64,000 bases of DNA. It comes from a virus. Lineage: Duplodnaviria; Caudoviricetes. Shown here one piece after another: positions 37,114-43,375 of the stretch; the first letter of the stretch is position 1, and the number at the start of each line of letters is the position of its first letter. Made by a program: the position numbers and the translations under genes. Below the pieces are notes generated by a model. That model was not told the origin of the DNA and ran no database searches. It was given only the letters and a program-made list of their open reading frames with translations. The stretch covers positions 30,178-94,177 of the IMG/VR virus record IMGVR_UViG_3300032332_001507, one strand, 5' to 3'.

Positions 37114-37392
37114 ATGAAAAAAGTAATTGAATTTAAGAAGTTTTTAGATGAGAATGTTAATGAGATAAAAGATTTATTAGTTGATGTTTTTGAGTGTGAT
37201 GAGGATGATGTAGATAAAGTTGTTAGTTTTGAGGATGATAAGTTTGGAGGTTTTATTGGTTGTAATGAAAAAGGTGAAGGTGTAGTGTTTGGTTGTAATT
37301 TGTATGAGTATGAAGTTGATGATGAAGATGTAAGTGTAGGAATGGAAGTAATTGAAGGTAAGAAAGTATATTTTATGTGTTATGATTTTTAG
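37114..37392 (+). CDS. Highly acidic 92-aa early protein encoded by a cytosine-free gene (DNA-mimic/anti-defence candidate)
   Basis: Own promoter and terminator; about 26 D/E; no C in coding strand. Confidence 0.75.
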   Translation: MKKVIEFKKFLDENVNEIKDLLVDVFECDEDDVDKVVSFEDDKFGGFIGCNEKGEGVVFGCNLYEYEVDDEDVSVGMEVIEGKKVYFMCYDF

Positions 37393-37417
37393 TTAGTTGA
37401 AGTGTAGTTGTTAAATT

Positions 37418-37452
37418 AAAGGATATATTTTAATTAATGTATCCTTTTTTTA
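37418..37452 (+). terminator. Intrinsic terminator
   Basis: AAAGGATATATT...AATGTATCCTTT-TTTT. Confidence 0.6.
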
Positions 37453-37460
37453 TTTTATAT

Positions 37461-37491
37461 TTGGTTAGTTAAAAATTAAATTATATATTTA
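37461..37491 (+). promoter_or_regulatory. Early-type promoter variant
   Basis: TTGG-N17-TATATATTTA. Confidence 0.65.
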
Positions 37492-37519
37492 CAGCATAAC
37501 AATTAAAACCTTAAAACAC

Positions 37520-37630
37520 ATGAAAACAAAAACCAGTATTTTAGATCACATTAAGTTTGTAGTTACAACAATTAGTTTGCTTAGTGCTTGGTGTTTAGCA
37601 ATGCTTTGGTTACTAACGGTAAATCGTTAA
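37520..37630 (+). CDS. 36-aa single-TM peptide (not in ORF track)
   Basis: MKTKTSILDHIKFVVTTISLLSAWCLAMLWLLTVNR; TAAAACACATG leader. Confidence 0.6.
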   Translation: MKTKTSILDHIKFVVTTISLLSAWCLAMLWLLTVNR

Positions 37631-37726
37631 ATAAACGCGTTTAACCCAATGTCTATGTTAAATCGCATGGGGTTGTGGAAAACATGTTTAATGCGAGTAA
37701 ATGCGCGCTTACGTTAATATTTTAAA

Positions 37727-37760
37727 CACCCACCACATTTTACGGTGGGTGTCTTTTTTT
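37727..37760 (+). terminator. Intrinsic terminator
   Basis: ACACCCACC...GGTGGGTGT-C-TTTTTTT. Confidence 0.7.
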
Positions 37761-38015
37761 AGGGGAGTATGCGTATATATATGCCGTACGTATGCCGTAC
37801 ATATATAGTAATACGGCAGTGTATCTCCCGTACGCGTTACTGTCCATGTACGTGTATCCGTATCCTTTGATGGTACTACCCGCACCTTCAACTCGTAAAC
37901 GTATAACGCCGGCCGAGCGTATATACGTATATCCCAACAACGCAACATGGAATTTCGAATTACCCCTTTTGGCAAAAAAATATGAAAATTAAAGTTTCTC
38001 TTCTTGCAAAAAAGT

Positions 38016-38046
38016 TTGGCATCGACAAAGTATATACGTATATTTA
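38016..38046 (+). promoter_or_regulatory. Early-type promoter whose spacer is the 18-bp repeat copy 2 (38022-38039)
   Basis: TTGG-CA-TCGACAAAGTATATA-CGTATATTTA. Confidence 0.8.
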
Positions 38047-38064
38047 CCGCATAAAATAAAGGTT

Positions 38065-38292
38065 ATGACACCAAAAGAAAAAGCAAATGAATTATTTAGT
38101 AGATACTATGTTATGTTGCTAAAAACAGATTCTGATATTTCGGAAGAAATTACAATATCCTTGTTATCAAAACAATGTGCATTGATAGCAGTAAATGAGA
38201 TATTGTCTATGGGTATAATGTCTGATAGTGGTGATTGGAGAATGGCTAAATCTTATTGGGAAGAAGTTAAAAAAGAAATAGAAAAGATATGA
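38065..38292 (+). CDS. Hypothetical phage protein
   Basis: MTPKEKA...ALIAVNEI...YWEEVKKEI. Confidence 0.65.
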   Translation: MTPKEKANELFSRYYVMLLKTDSDISEEITISLLSKQCALIAVNEILSMGIMSDSGDWRMAKSYWEEVKKEIEKI

Positions 38293-38495
38293 GTACAACA
38301 TTCGGGGTAAGAATCCCATCAACAGATGAAGTAGTTGAGATAGCAAGAAGGGTAGGAGTAGGAAATGGAAATGTAGATGTATATTTTACAAACCAGATTG
38401 CCGAGCTGCTTCCGTTAGAGCTTGAGGTGATCCCAATGGATAATACAGCTCAAGGAGTAAAAACAATTGAAGATTTAATAAAACTAATAAAATAA
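38289..38495 (+). CDS. Hypothetical protein
   Basis: Tiled ORF. Confidence 0.55.
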   Translation: MSTTFGVRIPSTDEVVEIARRVGVGNGNVDVYFTNQIAELLPLELEVIPMDNTAQGVKTIEDLIKLIK

Positions 38496-38497
38496 CT

Positions 38498-38830
38498 ATG
38501 GAAAAAGTAATTAGAGACGGTCACGTAGCAGTGATAATTTCAAACGGTTATGGAGCCGGTTGGTCAACATGGCATTGGGGAGACAATAGAGAAATATTGA
38601 TTTTTCACCCTAAACTAATAGAATTAGTTGAAAGTAAACAACACAATCGAGAAAACGTAGCCGCAATATTAAATGAACTGCTTGATAAAGAAGAAGCAGA
38701 ACATATATATTTAGGTGGAGTTGAAAATTTAAAAGTCCAATGGTTACCCGAAGGTACTAAATTTAGAATTGAAGAATATGATGGTGCAGAATATGTTATT
38801 TCAGAATATAGTTTAGATATGATAGCATAA
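38498..38830 (+). CDS. Conserved-looking phage protein
   Basis: SNGYGAGWSTW...FRIEEYDGAE. Confidence 0.65.
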   Translation: MEKVIRDGHVAVIISNGYGAGWSTWHWGDNREILIFHPKLIELVESKQHNRENVAAILNELLDKEEAEHIYLGGVENLKVQWLPEGTKFRIEEYDGAEYVISEYSLDMIA

Positions 38831-39022
38831 GCCCCGCTCGCGAGGGGATCGTAAAACACAGTAAGCCTCTGATTCAAGCTCAAATCACTGTTCTCATCGT
38901 ATAGGAGATAGAGTTAGCCTTCTCGACGTCGTTCAAAAAGGCAAAATGTACCACGCAAAAAACCGTAAGAACTTCTGCGTTCAGTAATGATAAAGTTAGC
39001 CTTCTTTAGGTCTAAAAAGGCA
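38831..39022 (+). ncRNA. Putative structured RNA with duplicated hairpin motif
   Basis: GATARAGTTAGCCTTCT-N-AAAAAGGCA at 38907 and 38989. Confidence 0.4.
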
Positions 39023-39025
39023 CAT

Positions 39026-39095
39026 AGTCAGGTGGCGTAATTGGTAACGCCTTATATTGGTATAGGAGATATAGGTTCGAATCCTGTCCTGACTA
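39026..39095 (+). tRNA. tRNA-like RNA with shortened non-canonical anticodon arm
   Basis: AGTCAGG/CCTGACT acceptor, GCGT/ACGC D arm, ATAGG-TTCGAAT-CCTGT T arm; TTATA-TTGG-TATAG anticodon arm. Confidence 0.65.
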
Positions 39096-39110
39096 CTAAA
39101 AAATAAAAAT

Positions 39111-39737
39111 ATGTCAAAATTAAACGAAAACATTGAATTATTTAAATGCTATGTGAGAGCATCACATTTTACTAAAAATGAAAAAGATTATAATACATAC
39201 CATAAAGCATATGCTTTTGCTGTGCAATCACTAGCAGGTAAAATATTAACATTCCACGTAATGACCGATTACGGTATGCTCCGTTCAAGAGTTCCTATCT
39301 CGGAAATATTTATGGAAATACCAAAAAATGATATCCCATTTGATTTTAAACAATTATGGGATTGTTTCTCTGAAAATGTATCAGTTATTACATACGATTA
39401 TTTGTATGAGAAACGATGCCAAGTCGCTTTAAAAGACGGTTCAAAAATATGGGCAACATATTTAATGACTGTTGATTGGTATAAAAATCCATACTCAGAC
39501 GAACCATCAGATTATAAATGTGGTCATATATTAATCGCAGACGATGGTTATTTATTGTGCCAACCAAACAATAGAATTTATTGGAAAGACTCAAATTGGG
39601 TAACAAAACCATTTCCAATGGAACCATCAACTTTAAAAGTTGATACTCACATAGAATCTGTTGAAGCACAATCGGATAAATGGGTTTCCGAGGATTCAAA
39701 CAATTATTATTACGAAATAAAAAGCACTAAAAAATAA
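39111..39737 (+). CDS. Conserved-looking phage hypothetical protein
   Basis: QLWDCFS, YLMTVDW, QPNNRI motifs. Confidence 0.65.
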   Translation: MSKLNENIELFKCYVRASHFTKNEKDYNTYHKAYAFAVQSLAGKILTFHVMTDYGMLRSRVPISEIFMEIPKNDIPFDFKQLWDCFSENVSVITYDYLYEKRCQVALKDGSKIWATYLMTVDWYKNPYSDEPSDYKCGHILIADDGYLLCQPNNRIYWKDSNWVTKPFPMEPSTLKVDTHIESVEAQSDKWVSEDSNNYYYEIKSTKK

Positions 39738-39830
39738 AAGTTATGGTATTAGTTAGTCCAACGGGTGAACCCGTAGAAAATCCACTAGTTATAGGCATTG
39801 GTATTGCTTATGTAGTATTTTTAGTAGCTT

Positions 39831-40082
39831 ATGTTTGGTGGAATAATCGCAAAGAGAAGTAGATACGTATATATGTATGAAAGTATGTGCCGAGACAAAG
39901 AAGAATTAAAACAACTTTTAATTAAAGAGTTAAAGTTAGAACAGTTAGATAAAAAAGCCTTGGATGAAATGTGGAATGTAGTAAATTCACCTGCAAACCA
40001 AGGATATGAAGTTACTAAAGAACATTTAGTTAATTACTATTTAACTTGTGTAAGGTTTGAACAATTAAAAGATAATATATAG
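39831..40082 (+). CDS. Hypothetical protein (start uncertain)
   Basis: Tiled ORF. Confidence 0.4.
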   Translation: MFGGIIAKRSRYVYMYESMCRDKEELKQLLIKELKLEQLDKKALDEMWNVVNSPANQGYEVTKEHLVNYYLTCVRFEQLKDNI

Positions 40083-40154
40083 CGGGGTGGTAGCAGTTGG
40101 TAGCTCGTCAGTCTCATAAGCTGAAGGTCGCAAGTTCGAGTCTTGCCCCCGCTA
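40081..40154 (+). tRNA. tRNA-Met(CAT), initiator-like body
   Basis: AGCGGGG/CCCCGCT acceptor, TCAGT-CTCATAA-GCTGA, GCAAG-TTCGAGT-CTTGC. Confidence 0.88.
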
Positions 40155-40159
40155 CAATA

Positions 40160-40368
40160 AGTAAGGGATACTTAGCAGTCTTTGGTCCAAGACTCATTTA
40201 ACAATGGACTCGCTCGAGCCGGACAGCGGAATGCCGACTCTTAGGGTAAAAGGTAGTAATCACGCTCCTCCTTCGTAGTGTGACTTTTTTCATAGGGGAT
40301 GCCCAGCAGGTTTTTATCAATAGGAAAAAAACCGATATAACTACTCATCTATAATCTCAAGATGGGGA
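40160..40368 (+). ncRNA. Putative multi-hairpin RNA
   Basis: Non-coding, GC-elevated, at least four hairpins. Confidence 0.35.
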
Positions 40369-40372
40369 ATAT

Positions 40373-40471
40373 ACTCAAGTGGCGAAAGTGAGGTTACCAT
40401 GGTAAACCCGATAGAAGACGCTAAGGAAACGAGTTCGAAAGAACATATTGGTGCAAGTCCAATCTTGAGTA
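40373..40471 (+). ncRNA. tRNA-like RNA with intact acceptor and T arms but remodelled core
   Basis: ACTCAAG/CTTGAGT-A; ATTGG-TGCAAGT-CCAAT; no canonical anticodon arm. Confidence 0.55.
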
Positions 40472-40497
40472 CAAATAGCGCTTGTGGCTAAATGTTT

Positions 40498-40524
40498 AGA
40501 GCGACTTGTCGCTCTTTCTTTTTT
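40498..40524 (+). terminator. Intrinsic terminator
   Basis: AGAGCGA-CTTG-TCGCTCT-TTCTTTTTT. Confidence 0.7.
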
Positions 40525-40538
40525 ATATATATTTATAT

Positions 40539-40967
40539 ATGATGAATTTAAATAAATTATTTAGTCTATTTCAATCTGATGAGGATCCTACTCCCGAGGA
40601 AAGAAATATAGCTAATAATGCTGAATTAGTAGATCACCCATATATCTATATGGGGTTATTTAAGAAATTAATTATAAACTACAGCACATTTAGCGAGCAA
40701 TTATTTCAGTTCATGCGTTCTTCTGGCGTGAATTTAGATGTTGAGAAAATGGAGAAAGCCGGCGTTCATATGGTTTATTGGCGAGCATATGATCATCTGG
40801 CGAAAATTGATTTAACCAACAGTTTTCACGTAGAAATCATACAGACTTACGCGGATGATAAATTTATTCAAGCACTAAATATGTGTCTTCATTATTATGA
40901 AGATATGGAGGAATATGAAAAATGTGCATTCCTTAAAAAAATTCTAGACACAGTCTCCTTTTCTTAA
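40539..40967 (+). CDS. Hypothetical protein with C-terminal UVR-like motif (start revised)
   Basis: YEDMEEYEKCAFLKKI; ATATTTAT at 40529. Confidence 0.6.
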   Translation: MMNLNKLFSLFQSDEDPTPEERNIANNAELVDHPYIYMGLFKKLIINYSTFSEQLFQFMRSSGVNLDVEKMEKAGVHMVYWRAYDHLAKIDLTNSFHVEIIQTYADDKFIQALNMCLHYYEDMEEYEKCAFLKKILDTVSFS

Positions 40968-40974
40968 AAGTAAT

Positions 40975-41005
40975 TTGGACTTTAACTCTTTCATGTGTAT
41001 AGTAT
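40975..41005 (+). promoter_or_regulatory. Variant early/middle promoter
   Basis: TTGG-N19-TATAGTAT. Confidence 0.4.
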
Positions 41006-41060
41006 GATTACGGGTTATGAGAAAAGATGGTAACCTATGTAACCAATTAATAAATAAAAT

Positions 41061-41243
41061 ATGAAAAACAAGAACAACGTAATGCATCAATTAGATAAAA
41101 TTGATGGGATTGCAAATCAACTTAACTTTACTGTTAAACAGCAACAACCAATTGAAGATTATATTAAACTTTTAGAAACACTAAGAGAAGTAGTAGATCA
41201 AACTCGTGGATTTATTGAAGCCGAACCAACAGAATATAACTAA
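41061..41243 (+). CDS. Hypothetical protein
   Basis: Tiled ORF. Confidence 0.55.
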   Translation: MKNKNNVMHQLDKIDGIANQLNFTVKQQQPIEDYIKLLETLREVVDQTRGFIEAEPTEYN

Positions 41244-41244
41244 T

Positions 41245-42015
41245 ATGAAATTAACAGCAGAACAAATCCAACAAAACTGGATAGATTTTGAGGAAACAAT
41301 TCACTCATATATAAGTGATCCACGTCGTTCACAATTATTAGAATTTTATTCTGAATACTCAGAACGTATTATGTTGATGCCTGCTGCTCATAAAAAGGAA
41401 TATCATAATGCTTTCCCAGGTGGTTATGTAGATCATGTATTACGAGTAGTAGATTGTGCTCTTAAATTAAATGATGTTTGGGTAGCAATGGGAGTAGATG
41501 ATTCTACTTACACTAAAGAAGAATTAGTATTTGCAGCTTTAAATCATGATCTAGGTAAAATGGGGAATGAACAACATGAAGCATACATCCCTCAGGACGA
41601 TCAATGGAGACGAGATAAATTAGGCGAAGATTATAAATTTAACGATCGCTTAGAATTTATGCCAGTACCAGATCGCAGTTTACATTTATTATCTTCTCAC
41701 GGTATCCCAGTGTCTAAAAACGAGTGGTTAGCTATTAAATTACATGATGGTTTATATGATGACTCTAATAAGCCTTATTTAATGTCTTGGTCACCAGAAA
41801 CTAAACCTCGTACCTCATTAATTTACATCATCCACCAGGCTGATTTAATGGCTGCTCGTATTGAGTTTGAACGTGAATGGAATCCTAAATTTAAAGGTGA
41901 AGCTAAAAAGAAAACAGATAATTTTAAAGTAACTGAAAAGAAACCAACAATTAAAACTAAAGCATTAGGTTCAGTTAAAAGTGAAGGCCTGATGAATTTA
42001 CTAGATAATTTATGA
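41245..42015 (+). CDS. HD-domain phosphohydrolase (start revised)
   Basis: YHNAFPGGYVDH, HDLGK, HDG, HQAD. Confidence 0.85.
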   Translation: MKLTAEQIQQNWIDFEETIHSYISDPRRSQLLEFYSEYSERIMLMPAAHKKEYHNAFPGGYVDHVLRVVDCALKLNDVWVAMGVDDSTYTKEELVFAALNHDLGKMGNEQHEAYIPQDDQWRRDKLGEDYKFNDRLEFMPVPDRSLHLLSSHGIPVSKNEWLAIKLHDGLYDDSNKPYLMSWSPETKPRTSLIYIIHQADLMAARIEFEREWNPKFKGEAKKKTDNFKVTEKKPTIKTKALGSVKSEGLMNLLDNL

Positions 42016-42308
42016 TGACATTAGTAATAATATTAGGTTTAATGGTCGTGATCTTAGGATACACGACCTTTAATCTTCTTAGGAAACTCGAAAAACAAGA
42101 GGATGCTATGAATAATCAAGCTACAATTCTAGCTTCTTATTTATCATACTTGAACAAGATCTCAGATATAATTGAATTCTCAGATAAGAAATTAAAGGAA
42201 GTAGATCATAAGGGTTCATTTAAAACAGACGATGAAGTAGGTTTTTTCTTTGAAGAAATTAAACAAATACAAAGTACTTTAAATCAATTTAAAGTTAAAA
42301 ATTTATGA
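42012..42308 (+). CDS. Single-TM coiled-coil protein
   Basis: N-terminal TM; F..DDEVG.FF. Confidence 0.6.
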   Translation: MMTLVIILGLMVVILGYTTFNLLRKLEKQEDAMNNQATILASYLSYLNKISDIIEFSDKKLKEVDHKGSFKTDDEVGFFFEEIKQIQSTLNQFKVKNL

Positions 42309-43006
42309 TTGAGGTGAAAGAAAAAAAGAATACTCAATATTTTACTCAAGATACTGAGGATGCAATTGTATTATATAATGGCCTTACAGATCAAACAGAA
42401 CGAGATATTCTATATAGAACTCGTATCCATTATGCTTTTTTTAAGTTAACAGAAAATATTATCCATACTTTTAAATTTTATTATACTGAAGTAGATAATA
42501 TTGAAGATTTACAACATGAGGTAATTACATTCTTACTCACTAAATTACATTTATTTGACCCAAGTAAAGGTGCTAAAGCATATTCTTACTTTGGAACAAT
42601 TGCTAAACGTTATTTAATTAATAGTAATAATAAAAATTATAAAAAACGAGTTGAAAAAGCACCTGTTAGTGAGATTGAATCTAATGAATCATTTTCATAT
42701 CGGATAGATGAGGGTTCTGAAAATGATAAATTAATTCATTTTATAGATCAATATGTAATTTATTGTACAGATAATATTAATGAATTATTCCCTAAAAAGA
42801 CAGATGCTCAAATAGCAGATGCTATTCTAGAGTTATTCCGTAAACGTGAGAGTATAGACGTCTTTAATAAGAAGGCATTGTATATATATATTCGTGAAAT
42901 TATTGATGCTAAAACTCCTAAAATCACTAAGATAGCCGATAGACTATATGATATATTTAAACAACATTATTTCTATTATCTAGAAAATGGACATACAGAT
43001 TTCTAA
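42305..43006 (+). CDS. Phage RNA polymerase sigma factor (gp55-like)
   Basis: EDLQHE...LHLFDPSKGAKAYSYFGTIAKRYL, sigma region-2-like. Confidence 0.7.
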   Translation: MIEVKEKKNTQYFTQDTEDAIVLYNGLTDQTERDILYRTRIHYAFFKLTENIIHTFKFYYTEVDNIEDLQHEVITFLLTKLHLFDPSKGAKAYSYFGTIAKRYLINSNNKNYKKRVEKAPVSEIESNESFSYRIDEGSENDKLIHFIDQYVIYCTDNINELFPKKTDAQIADAILELFRKRESIDVFNKKALYIYIREIIDAKTPKITKIADRLYDIFKQHYFYYLENGHTDF

Positions 43007-43011
43007 TGTCC

Positions 43012-43019
43012 ATATTTAT
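43012..43019 (+). promoter_or_regulatory. Late-type promoter at start of structural block
   Basis: ATATTTAT; further copies at 45881, 48519, 56195, 61155, 63127, 63523. Confidence 0.65.
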
Positions 43020-43033
43020 AAAAAATAAATATT

Positions 43034-43375
43034 ATGGAAGGCTTAGATAATGTAGTATTTGGTGGTAAAAAATTTTCTGATATTTTAGAGGAAATATATA
43101 ACAACCAAAAGAAAAAAGATAAACAAATATCTGCTTTAATAGCAGAATTAAAACCTCTTGTCCATGAGATAGGTGATGCTACTTTAATTGTTCCTCTAAT
43201 TAAAGAATACTTAGAAATAAGTGTTAAAAATGATGAACAACTAATTAAAATGGCTACTATTGTCCAACGTATGGTTAATAATGCCTCATCTAATGGTGAT
43301 GGTGGATTTGGTATCTCTGAAGAAGAAAAAACACAACTATTAGCTGAATTAGATAAATTTAAAGGAGGAGAATAA
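43034..43375 (+). CDS. Helical hypothetical late protein
   Basis: ORF after late motif. Confidence 0.6.
   Translation: MEGLDNVVFGGKKFSDILEEIYNNQKKKDKQISALIAELKPLVHEIGDATLIVPLIKEYLEISVKNDEQLIKMATIVQRMVNNASSNGDGGFGISEEEKTQLLAELDKFKGGE

Noticed and set aside
37709-37992. ORFs 37709-37975 (-), 37740-37940 (-) and 37792-37992 (+)
   Set aside because: They overlap a terminator and a repeat-dense block, have skewed Y/R/T composition, and lack promoter or leader signals.
32068-38046. Regularly recurring 30-bp motif as a CRISPR array
   Set aside because: Copies are degenerate, hundreds of bp apart and separated by ORFs; they fit promoters.
40160-40471. tmRNA or RNase P RNA
   Set aside because: No alanine-type acceptor stem or tag ORF, and no GAGGAAAGUCC-type RNase P core was recognised.
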